64,000 nt of DNA from Sphingobacteriales bacterium (GCA_016192105.1 JACPUV010000009.1:3311-67310), one strand, 5' to 3'. Positions 20,958 through 29,242 are shown, counted from the first letter of the stretch. Made by a program: numbers and translations. The notes: a model not told the origin generated them from the letters alone.

Positions 20958-21380
20958 ATGAAAAAGTATGTTATTTATACAGAATTAAGCGCTGATGAAT
21001 TTGATGTTATTAAGTCTAGGCTTCGTTTGATAGAGGAAAATAATTTTGTGTTAATGAAAGCAAATGAATTTAGTCAGAATTTAAGAGATTATAACGATGT
21101 TTTGTCCGTAGATTATATACATGAGGACAATGTGTTTTATGGCAATATTGGGTTTTCTTATGTAGAAGAGAAAAGTTCATTTGATCAAAGATTGTTTTGT
21201 GTATATATATTGAAAGCGTTTGATGAAAATGGCTCTAGATATTTTAAAAGGAGAATCTTTGAGAAATTATATAACTTGGAGGATTTAATTTCTCAATCTT
21301 CTCAGATTCTAAGTGATTGCTTGGAATATTATCGTAAATTAGAAAAAAGTGATTTAACAGAGCATATTAATCTCAAATAG
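20958..21380 (+). CDS. Candidate immunity protein for the RHS tip
   Basis: 140 aa, starts 4 nt after the RHS stop, very AT-rich like the tip, no signal peptide. The call rests on position only. Confidence 0.6.
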   Translation: MKKYVIYTELSADEFDVIKSRLRLIEENNFVLMKANEFSQNLRDYNDVLSVDYIHEDNVFYGNIGFSYVEEKSSFDQRLFCVYILKAFDENGSRYFKRRIFEKLYNLEDLISQSSQILSDCLEYYRKLEKSDLTEHINLK

Positions 21381-21448
21381 ATTAATATGCTCTGTTAAAT
21401 GAATGACGGACTGGAGTTTATCTGTGAGACAGCTGAAGCAGTAGAGTT

Positions 21449-21643
21449 ATGGGTTATCGCCGCCTTGATTACAAAAAAATGCAGCATTTACTGGACGAGC
21501 TAGAAGAAAAATACCTGGATGAGTGGGTGGAAGCCAGCGAAGCGAACTGTGTTTTTTATATTAAGGCGCAGCAGCCGGGATTTTTAGAGCAGGTTATTCA
21601 TATACTGAAAAAATACCTAAATAACAAGTATAATCCCAACTGA
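21449..21643 (+). CDS. Small hypothetical protein or gene fragment
   Basis: 64-aa ORF with plausible composition downstream of the immunity candidate; no recognisable motif. Confidence 0.3.
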   Translation: MGYRRLDYKKMQHLLDELEEKYLDEWVEASEANCVFYIKAQQPGFLEQVIHILKKYLNNKYNPN

Positions 21644-21701
21644 CAAAAAAAAGCCGCGCCGGAGCGAGGGGAAGTAAACCACTAATTAACGGCTAATACA
21701 A

Positions 21702-22112
21702 CTATCTTTTTTTCAGCATTTCTTCCAATAGGGCCACTTTTTGCTTTTCGGATTCCAGGAGGCGCTCATACAATTTTTTAATTTCTTCTAATGATTCAAG
21801 CCATTTTTCGATGGGATTAATGGAATAATGATTTATGTAGTTCGCTCCTTGGTTTTGCGATCCCTCATAATTGTTCTGGATATTAAAAACCGCGACTTCC
21901 TCATCAAAATTTATCAGCGCTTCTGCCGGTACTTTTAGTGCTTTTGCAATTTTTTCCAGGAGCTCGGGTTCAATCACTTCTTTTTGTTCCAGCAGGGAGA
22001 TTTTTTTTTGAGTCCAGTCATCGCCCAGTTCAATGGCAAGGCCTTCTTGTTTGAAGCCAAGCATTTCTCTAAACCGTTTGATATTTTTACCCTGGTGAAT
22101 GATTTTTTCCAT
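21702..22112 (-). CDS. XRE-family HTH transcriptional regulator (Bacteroidota type)
   Basis: MEKIIHQGKNIKRFREMLGFKQEGLAIELGDDWTQKKISLLEQKE...IAKAL.VP. Likely start 22112 (track 22166). Confidence 0.9.
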   Translation of the reverse strand: MEKIIHQGKNIKRFREMLGFKQEGLAIELGDDWTQKKISLLEQKEVIEPELLEKIAKALKVPAEALINFDEEVAVFNIQNNYEGSQNQGANYINHYSINPIEKWLESLEEIKKLYERLLESEKQKVALLEEMLKKR

Positions 22113-22270
22113 ATCGACTAATGGTTTTGAATAGTCAAATATACTAAAATCTAAAAGCAGCCGCAAAAGCGGCTAAATTACCGGTTGGAATAACTATGTT
22201 ACCTGCGTTTTGCATGGATTACTGTATTAGTCATCCTGAATTTTAGAAAAAAAAGGTATGGCAACTGATT

Positions 22271-22740
22271 CACTACAAGGATGTAAAACCTTTTATGAAG
22301 GACCTGCAGGGCGTATACCGGGCAACGACCAAGGAACAGGCAGAACGCAGCCTTGATCAGGTAGCTACAAACTGGGGGCAACGTTATCCCAATGTAATTG
22401 AGTCATGGAGAAAGAACTGGCCGAGGCTCAGCAATTACTTCCATTACAACAAAGAGATCCGACGCATCATGTACACTACCAACATCATCGAAGGTTTCCA
22501 TCGTCAGCTCAGGGCTGTAACCAAGACCAAAGTGGCCTTCCAAAGTGAAGATGCATTGATGAAACTGCTGTTCCTGGTACAAGAAAACATAACAGCCAAG
22601 TGGAATAAACCGGTACACAACCTGCCTGACGGCATGCAGGTTGGAACCAGACCATGGCTCAGTTATCGATAATCTTTGGAGAAAGACTTAAATTGAGTAT
22701 CTAAGTAAATGAAAACTGACACAGTTTATGTAATACTACC
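22271..22740 (+). pseudogene. IS256-family transposase 3' remnant with probable right end
   Basis: YKDVKPFMKDLQGVYRA...WGQRYP...YTTNIIEGFHRQLR. The true C-terminus WNQTMAQLSIIFGERLKLSI* is frameshifted by a 20-bp insert. Ends ...TGACACAGTTTATGTAATACTACC, resembling an IS256 terminal repeat. Confidence 0.85.
22621..22640. repeat. 20-bp palindromic element, copy 1 (cctgcctgacggcatgcagg)
   Basis: Removing exactly these 20 nt restores CAC AAT TGG AAC (HNWN) of the IS256 frame. Confidence 0.85.
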
Positions 22741-22742
22741 CC

Positions 22743-23360
22743 AGATCAGCAACCAAGTTGAAGCGATGAAAAAGAAAGGGGCTGCACAGGGTGTACAAAT
22801 AAATACGCATGCCGCTTCTGCGGAAAGTAAAAAAGCGTTTACCAGCAAAATTTAAAGAGCCACTGGCTTTACCCTCCGGGTTTACGCATTCTTGGAGTAC
22901 TGATTCCTGCCAGCCGGAAGGCTGGTTATGAGTGATGCATTGAATAACGGTATAAAGTTCCGTTAGTTTAACTTGATTGACAACTATAACCGGGAAGTAC
23001 TCTATATTGAATCAGATTACTCACTTAAAAGTAGCCTGGTAATCTGTGTGCTAAAACACTTAATTAAACGTTACGGCAAGCCTGAAAGCATAAGGATGAA
23101 CAATGGGCCGGAGTTCGTGGCAAAATTGGCACAGACATGGAGCTTAGCCAAAGAGTTTGAATTTAAGTATATACAACCCGGCAAGCCGATGCAGAAAGCT
23201 TATTTCGAACAGTTCAATTAAACATACCGGGAAGCGTGTTGGATGCTTACCTGTTCGATACCCTGGATATGGCACGAGAGGTAACGGCAAAAGGACTGAG
23301 GATTATAATACTAGCTGGCCTCGGGATGCCTTAGGTGGTATGCCCCTCGAAAGCCTATAG
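22743..23360 (+). pseudogene. IS3-family transposase (integrase core) remnant
   Basis: HRVYK...RKVKKRLPAK.KEPL...WSTDF|MSDALNNG.KFRSFNLIDNYNRE...NGPEF...IQPGKPMQ...DYN, broken by a 20-bp insert, a stop at 23219-23221 and frameshifts. Confidence 0.85.
22906..22925. repeat. 20-bp palindromic element, copy 2 (cctgccagccggaaggctgg)
   Basis: Removing these 20 nt restores TGG AGT ACT GAT TTT ATG AGT GAT (WSTDFMSD), in frame with ORF 22973. Three mismatches to the perfect palindrome. Confidence 0.8.
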
Positions 23361-23488
23361 GGAAAAAATCAGCCGCCTGCTGGGGCTACGCCTTCGCTCC
23401 ATTTCACCCAGCAGTATCAGGGTAGAGGAGAATTTGCACTTTAGGTATTCATTTACTGCTGTTTACAAGAAAACAGCTTGAAAGCTTA

Positions 23489-24550
23489 ATGAGTAAACTT
23501 ACCTGTATCATATTTATGTCTATTCATTTCGACAATATTACTATATTTGTCGAAATGAATAGACATAATATTTTTCAGAGCCATGTCAGCACATTTAATC
23601 TAGAGGCTGTGACAATGCGGCTAAAGGATGACTGGAAAGGTTTTTTCCGGGATTTTGAGGCTTTTTCGAAACGTGAACTAACTTTAACAGAAGCCGAACT
23701 CGGTATTGACAGGAAGCTTCTTTATGTCTGGAAAAAGCAAGGTTTATTACCATATTCCGGAGATTCAAGTGATAAGAGCAATAATAAAATATGGGGGCGT
23801 TTCAGTTTTATTGAACTCTGTTGGCTTAAAATGCTGATTGAGTTTAGAAAAGTGGGGCTTGGTATGGAGAAATTAAAAGAAATTAAGAACTTTTTTTTCA
23901 AAAAAGAATTTCTGAATGATTTTTTTAATGTACCGGTATCAGAATTGGAAAAGCGAGCACCCGAGGTGATGAAGATGAGCGAGGACCTTGGACTATTTCA
24001 TGAAGGTCAATTTGTACTTACGGAAGATATAAGGAGGTTCTTGGAAGAAATTCAGCTCAGCCTTTTTTCTGTTTTTTTGTATGCTACGATGTTGTCCAGA
24101 AATAATTTTTTATTATATATTGACGGGAAAGGGCATTTTGACGTAGTTGACCTCAACAAGGTTTTTTCTGATCCCGTTGCAGGAGTGGCTGAATTTCATC
24201 AATTATTAAATTCCGAATCTGTAGTGTTCATAAATATTAAAAAAATAATAGCGGATTTGTCGGATTCACATGAGTATTTTTCAAAAAAGCCTCATTTTGG
24301 TCACAAGATGGCCGAAACTTCGGTAAATCTACTCCGGCAATTCTTTCTTGACGATCGGGTAAAGGAAGTGTCAATGCGTATAAGTGAGAAAGGTAGACCG
24401 AATGTCTGGATAACAAGAGAAATGCAGTTAAATGATCTAGAGAAGGAGTTTCGTCTCCAATCTAAAAAAGGAAAATTTTGCGACTTGGTGGTAAAGATGC
24501 GTGACGGCAAAGTTCAATATTTTGAGCACACGGAAATTTTGAAACTCTGA
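23489..24550 (+). CDS. MerR-like HTH protein of an integrative element
   Basis: GIDRKLLYVWKKQGLLP...GRFSFIELCWLKMLIEFRKVGLGMEKLKEIK fits a MerR-type winged HTH. The real start is probably later (23554 or 23615). Confidence 0.65.
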   Translation: MSKLTCIIFMSIHFDNITIFVEMNRHNIFQSHVSTFNLEAVTMRLKDDWKGFFRDFEAFSKRELTLTEAELGIDRKLLYVWKKQGLLPYSGDSSDKSNNKIWGRFSFIELCWLKMLIEFRKVGLGMEKLKEIKNFFFKKEFLNDFFNVPVSELEKRAPEVMKMSEDLGLFHEGQFVLTEDIRRFLEEIQLSLFSVFLYATMLSRNNFLLYIDGKGHFDVVDLNKVFSDPVAGVAEFHQLLNSESVVFINIKKIIADLSDSHEYFSKKPHFGHKMAETSVNLLRQFFLDDRVKEVSMRISEKGRPNVWITREMQLNDLEKEFRLQSKKGKFCDLVVKMRDGKVQYFEHTEILKL

Positions 24551-24638
24551 ATTTAATATTGTGCTGAAGATCTCAGCCTGATTATAAACCTGAATGCCCT
24601 GCGGGAGTTCCCCGTTGGCAATCCCAATCATTTTAAAA

Positions 24639-24818
24639 ATGAGCAGGGATAAAAAAGTTCATTCTGAGCGGCCGCTGGTCGACGCGAAGGGTGATATTAT
24701 TTTTGAAAGCAAACATGATTTTGAACAAAATGATGACATCCAACTAGAATTATTTTCTGAAATAATACTCGAAATTTTTATTAAAAATCAAAGTAGCGAT
24801 GAACAGAAACATGAATGA
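24639..24818 (+). CDS. Small acidic protein overlapping the recombinase start
   Basis: 59 aa from ATG 24639 (MSRDKK...QLELFSEIILEIFIK...), overlapping the recombinase ORF by 20 nt. Confidence 0.4.
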   Translation: MSRDKKVHSERPLVDAKGDIIFESKHDFEQNDDIQLELFSEIILEIFIKNQSSDEQKHE

Positions 24819-26472
24819 CTTTGAGTCGGCGTTAGAGAAACTTACCAGTTTACGACACCGGTCAAACCGGAAGGTCAGGGGTGGGGATGCTGTGGTGTAC
24901 ACCCGGGTGAGCAGCCAGGAGCAGGCACAAAACAATGGTAGCCTTGAAGTACAACGTAAATACTGTGATACGTATTCAGTGACCAATAAAATCGCGGTAG
25001 GGGCCTATTTTGGAGGTACATTTGAAAGTGCTAAGACCGATGGACGCAAAGAGTTTAAACGGATGCTGGATTATGTCTGGAAGCATAAAAATATTTCCTA
25101 CATCATCGTCTTTAATTACGACAGGTTTTCCAGGAGCGGTGCGGCTGCCTCGCATATTAGTGAGGAACTAAGCAAGGACGGAGTAACCGTTAAATCCGTG
25201 ACGCAAGACATCGATACATCAACTGCAATTGGCAGGTTGCAGGAGAACTTTTTTCACCTGCTCAATAATTTTGACAACCGACTTAAAAGCGACCGGACAA
25301 CCATCAATACAAGGGAAGTAATGCTGAAAGGATATTGGCCTTATGCCACGCCTTTGGGCTATAGAAATTTGAAACCAAAGCACCGGGCTTGTTTTCATGA
25401 ATATGAGATTACAGATGCAGGCAGGGAGCTTAAAAAGGGTTTTTTGATGATTGCCTGTCAAAAATACCTGTTTAATGAGGTGGTGGAATATCTGCGAAAA
25501 AGGGGGGTGGATATAACGACGAAGAGTTTCAGGCATGTGTTCAGCAATCCTTTTTATGCCGGTTTTGTTACGGGAAAGTTGGTTGGAGGTAAATTAATTA
25601 AGGGAATGCACCCGCCTTTATTGGATATTAAAACATTTATGGCGGTGCAGGCAGTCCTTAACGAAAACCCTATAGCTGGTGTACCCAAACTATCAAGGCA
25701 CGACCAGGTACCGCTAAAATCCTTCGCCAGAGACGCTAATAGCGGATTGCCATTTACTGGCTATAAATCCAAGGGTAACTGGTATTACAAAATAAAAGAA
25801 GGCCCCAAACCCGTTAATATTAACGCAAAACAGCTGAATAGTCTTTTTCTACAGATGTTAGCTAATTATGAGTACAGGCCTGATGTTAGTATAAAACTGA
25901 AGGATTTGCTGACTGATAAACTAAAACAGAGGCTCTCCGCCCAGTCAAATGGGGTAGCTCAAATAAAAAAGAAATTGAGTGAGCAAAAAAAGTTGCTTGA
26001 AAAGGTGGAACATAAGTTTATAACCGACCAGATTAGTGAAGAAATTTACCAAAAACATGCTGGGAAAATAGGCGCGGAAATTGCTGAGTTAAACAACGAG
26101 ATCTGTGCTCAGAGTTTTAGCAGTTCGAACCTTGAAAAAGCGGTCAATAAATGTTTGTTGATTGCACAGAATCTAAGCCAGTCGTGGGTTTCAGCGGAAT
26201 ATGAGAATAAGCAACGGCTGCAAAAACTGGTATTTCCGGACGGAATCCTGTATAACAAGGAAAAAGGGGTGGTGCGAACTCCAAGAGTCAACAGTCTTTT
26301 CGCTGTAATCCCGCTACTGTCGGGGATTACAGCCGAAATGAAAGAAGGCGATCCTGAACGGAATCGCCTGTTTTCTGGTAAAGTGCCCAAGACTGGATTC
26401 GAACCAGCACAACCTTTCGGTCACTACCACCTCAAAGTAGCGTGTCTACCAATTTCACCACCTGGGCATTAA
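24799..26472 (+). CDS. Large serine recombinase (resolvase + recombinase + coiled coil)
   Basis: AVVYTRVSSQEQ catalytic motif, DRFSR, GYWPYATPLGY, NPFYAG, H.PL, coiled coil. The last ~30 codons lie antisense over tRNA-Leu. Confidence 0.92.
   Translation: MNRNMNDFESALEKLTSLRHRSNRKVRGGDAVVYTRVSSQEQAQNNGSLEVQRKYCDTYSVTNKIAVGAYFGGTFESAKTDGRKEFKRMLDYVWKHKNISYIIVFNYDRFSRSGAAASHISEELSKDGVTVKSVTQDIDTSTAIGRLQENFFHLLNNFDNRLKSDRTTINTREVMLKGYWPYATPLGYRNLKPKHRACFHEYEITDAGRELKKGFLMIACQKYLFNEVVEYLRKRGVDITTKSFRHVFSNPFYAGFVTGKLVGGKLIKGMHPPLLDIKTFMAVQAVLNENPIAGVPKLSRHDQVPLKSFARDANSGLPFTGYKSKGNWYYKIKEGPKPVNINAKQLNSLFLQMLANYEYRPDVSIKLKDLLTDKLKQRLSAQSNGVAQIKKKLSEQKKLLEKVEHKFITDQISEEIYQKHAGKIGAEIAELNNEICAQSFSSSNLEKAVNKCLLIAQNLSQSWVSAEYENKQRLQKLVFPDGILYNKEKGVVRTPRVNSLFAVIPLLSGITAEMKEGDPERNRLFSGKVPKTGFEPAQPFGHYHLKVACLPISPPGH
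26384..26467 (-). tRNA. tRNA-Leu(GAG)
   Basis: Minus strand GCCCAGGTGGTGAAATTGGTAGACACGCTACTTTGAGGTGGTAG...GGTTCGAATCC...CTTGGGCA. Anticodon GAG, long variable arm. Confidence 0.95.
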
Positions 26473-26710
26473 AATAAGAACTAAAGCATTTTTCGTCATA
26501 ACGTATTCTGACCAGCCACTCGTCGCGGCGGTCACTACCACCTCAAAGTAGCGTGTCAACCAACCTGCCTGCCGGCAGGCAGGTTTCACCACCTGGGCAT
26601 TAAAATAAGAACTAAAACATATTTCATCATTGCGAATTCGGACCAGCCATCCTCCGCCTTGGTCACTACCGCCCCAACGGGTTTGCCGGCCGGATTCATC
26701 ACCCGGGTGA
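26418..26710 (-). repeat. Tandem 111-bp repeats containing degenerate tRNA-Leu copies
   Basis: ggtcactacc recurs at 26419, 26530 and 26661 (spacing 111 and 111+20). Copy 2 keeps the 5' ~50 nt of the tRNA with one mismatch plus a 20-bp insert. Confidence 0.85.
26564..26583. repeat. 20-bp palindromic element, copy 3 (perfect: cctgcctgccggcaggcagg)
   Basis: Inserted at ccaa|tttcacc relative to the intact tRNA copy 111 bp away; no target duplication. Confidence 0.9.
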
Positions 26711-26720
26711 CTTTTAGGAC

Positions 26721-26728
26721 TGCAAATG
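26721..26728 (-). promoter_or_regulatory. Bacteroidota -7 promoter element (TACATTTG) upstream of the tRNA-Leu array
   Basis: Minus strand TACATTTGCA (26730-26721) matches TAnnTTTG just upstream of repeat copy 3. Confidence 0.55.
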
Positions 26729-26736
26729 TAAGGTGT

Positions 26737-27888
26737 TTATTTTTTCAGAACAATTCTGAATGTGGTTCCTTTTCCGGTTTCGGAGTGCTTTACGAAAATT
26801 TCGCCTTTGTGGTAGTGTTTGATGATCCGCCGGGATAGGCTTAGCCCCAGTCCCCAGCCCCTTTTCTTGGTGGTAAACCCGGGCTTGAACACATTCTCAA
26901 TGTGCTGTTTGCTGATGCCTTTCCCGGTGTCGGTAATATCAATATATACATGCCGGTTATCGGTATCAATTTCCGCTGTGATACTACCCCTTCCTTCCAT
27001 GGAATCCAGGGCGTTTTTCAGCAGATTTTCGATTACCCAGTCAAACAAGGGGGGGGACACAAGACAGATGACCTGGTCATGTCCATGCGTATGAACGGAA
27101 AAATGGATCCTGCCGGCCGCCCGTTTCCGCATATAATCCACCATATTCCTCACCTGGCTTACCAGTTCCGTGGCCTCCAGTTGGGGGGTGCTGCCGATTT
27201 TCCCAAAACGGTCGGATACCAGCCGTAACCGGTCCACATCCTTTTCGAGTTCATGCGCAATTTTTTCGCTGGCAGGGTTTTCCTTCAACATTTCCATCCA
27301 ACCTTCGAGCGAGGACACCGGGGTCCCCAACTGGTGCGCTGTTTCTTTGGCCATACCGGCCCAGACCTGGTTCTGTACCGAGCGGTAACTGCTCCTGAGG
27401 GAGAGCAGGGTGATAAGGATAAACAGGGCTACAATACACAACTGGACGATCGGGTAATACCGGATCTCATTCAGCAGGCTGGATTCGCCATAATAATACC
27501 GGTTGCGGATTGCCGGGTTCTTGGGATCGGTCCATTCAATGACATGGTTCTGCGAACGAAAAGCCCTCATTTTTCTTTCTACATAAGTGATGTCCCGGGA
27601 GGCGCTGGCCGTATCGAGATTGATATATTGAAGAATACTGTCTTTTTCGTTGGTTTCAATGATAGGAATCACTTTGTTCCCGGTAGTCAGGGTGGTGGCA
27701 AACGTGATATCGGCATCGATCGGGGCGTTGATCAGGAATTTGCCGGCATCGATCCATTGCAAAACTTTCTGTCTTTCTTCCCGGGCAATTTTACGGGCCA
27801 GGTACTGTGAATAAAAGATCGTTCCGCTTACAATCAAAATGGCCAGCAGGGCCAGCAGGGTTCTCCAGTTTAGAATTTGCCTGAACAT
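26737..27888 (-). CDS. Sensor histidine kinase (HisKA/HATPase_c)
   Basis: Two TM segments, ETAHQLGTP H-box, ENLLKNALD N-box, DTGKGI, FTTK..GWGLGL. Confidence 0.93.
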   Translation of the reverse strand: MFRQILNWRTLLALLAILIVSGTIFYSQYLARKIAREERQKVLQWIDAGKFLINAPIDADITFATTLTTGNKVIPIIETNEKDSILQYINLDTASASRDITYVERKMRAFRSQNHVIEWTDPKNPAIRNRYYYGESSLLNEIRYYPIVQLCIVALFILITLLSLRSSYRSVQNQVWAGMAKETAHQLGTPVSSLEGWMEMLKENPASEKIAHELEKDVDRLRLVSDRFGKIGSTPQLEATELVSQVRNMVDYMRKRAAGRIHFSVHTHGHDQVICLVSPPLFDWVIENLLKNALDSMEGRGSITAEIDTDNRHVYIDITDTGKGISKQHIENVFKPGFTTKKRGWGLGLSLSRRIIKHYHKGEIFVKHSETGKGTTFRIVLKK

Positions 27889-27948
27889 GTTTCGAATTTA
27901 GCGAGGATAAACCGGCTTCCCGTATTTTTGAATAAATTTTTTCATCCC

Positions 27949-28980
27949 TTGCCGCAAACACCCAAAATTGCTGTTGTAATACTGAACTGGAACGGGCTTC
28001 GTTACCTTGAAAAATTTCTGCCCTTTGTACTGGCTGCGCGGTACGGGAATACAGAAGTAATCGTCGCGGATAACGGATCTACGGACCCGTCTGTTTCTTT
28101 TTTGCGGGAAAAATACCCGCAGATACGATTGATCTGCTTTGAACAGAATTATGGATTTGCCCGGGGTTACAATGAGGCCCTGAAACGGGTGGAGGCTGAT
28201 TACTATGTATTGCTGAATTCCGATGTGGAAGTGGAACCCGGCTGGCTGGAGCCGATGCTGGCACTCCTGGAAAGCAACCCGGCCATTGCCGCCTGCCAAC
28301 CCAAGATCCGCTCTTATAATAACCGTACTGTTTTTGAATATGCCGGTGCAGCCGGGGGCTGGCTGGATAAATACGGCTATCCCTTTGCCAAAGGAAGGAT
28401 CTTTGATTATACGGAAGTTGACCGGGGGCAGTATGATCAGTGTGAACCTGTTTTCTGGGCCAGCGGGGCCGCTTTATTTATCCGGTCTTCCGTTTTTCAC
28501 GCGGTAAAAGGATTTGACGAATATTTTTTCGCTCACCAGGAAGAAATCGATTTATGCTGGAGGATCCAGCTGGCGGGATACCTGGTCTATTCCTGCCCGG
28601 CATCTGTTGTCTATCATGTGGGCGGGGGAACCCTTCCCAAGGGTAATTCCCTGAAGACCTACCTGAATTTCCGCAACAACCGCATCATGCTCTCCAAGAA
28701 CCTGCCGTTGCGGAAAAAATTATGGATCCTCCCGGCAAGGGATTTCCTGGATGCTTTATCGGCCTGGAAAGGGTTGTTGTCCGGCGATGCCGGCTATTTT
28801 ATCGCGATCATTCGTTCTCACCTGGCCTATTTCAAATGGCTGCTGTTTTACCGCCATAAAAGCGTTTTCCCGGTCACCCGGGAGGGGCAGTTGCATGGGT
28901 ATTCAAAAAAGAACATGATCTGGCAGCATTTTGTCCGGAAGCGGAAGCATTTTGATGAAATTATCGGCAGGCCCGACTGA
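27949..28980 (+). CDS. Glycosyltransferase family 2
   Basis: IAVVILNWNG...ADNGSTD...NYGFARGYN...LLNSD...EEIDLCWR. Likely start TTG 27949 (track 27877). Confidence 0.9.
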   Translation: MPQTPKIAVVILNWNGLRYLEKFLPFVLAARYGNTEVIVADNGSTDPSVSFLREKYPQIRLICFEQNYGFARGYNEALKRVEADYYVLLNSDVEVEPGWLEPMLALLESNPAIAACQPKIRSYNNRTVFEYAGAAGGWLDKYGYPFAKGRIFDYTEVDRGQYDQCEPVFWASGAALFIRSSVFHAVKGFDEYFFAHQEEIDLCWRIQLAGYLVYSCPASVVYHVGGGTLPKGNSLKTYLNFRNNRIMLSKNLPLRKKLWILPARDFLDALSAWKGLLSGDAGYFIAIIRSHLAYFKWLLFYRHKSVFPVTREGQLHGYSKKNMIWQHFVRKRKHFDEIIGRPD

Positions 28981-29023
28981 TTTTTTGGATTGAACCCTTA
29001 TTTTTGCAGCACAAAATTTCAGT

Positions 29024-29242
29024 ATGACCCATCACCCGGAATACCACGAAGAACTTCAGAAAGTACAGGGCCAGGATTTTACCCACAACTGGGTATCTTC
29101 TTCCGGCTTTCTTTTTTACCTGCAGATAGCCTGTATTGTAGCTTTTGTATTCGGCGCCTGTACCATGCTGTATAATAAGCGGTACAGTAAACTGGATGTG
29201 CCCGTACAGGAGAGTACCCAGTACACTCCCAAATACAAATAA
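29024..29242 (+). CDS. Small single-pass membrane protein
   Basis: 72 aa with one TM helix; a TATTTTTG promoter-like motif lies just upstream. Confidence 0.6.
   Translation: MTHHPEYHEELQKVQGQDFTHNWVSSSGFLFYLQIACIVAFVFGACTMLYNKRYSKLDVPVQESTQYTPKYK

Noticed and set aside
2-21380. T6SS, CDI or classical Tc toxin assignment
   Set aside because: No PAAR, VgrG, Hcp, haemagglutinin repeats, POTRA or TcA-like gene is recognisable, and the proteins carry signal peptides.
1-23500. Left attachment site (second copy of the tRNA-Leu 3' end)
   Set aside because: Not found by eye in the window. It probably lies beyond the left edge or is a very short core, so the island boundary is not called.
26418-26710. 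CRISPR array
   Set aside because: Only 2-3 units, the spacers are homologous to each other, the repeat is tRNA-derived, and there are no cas genes.
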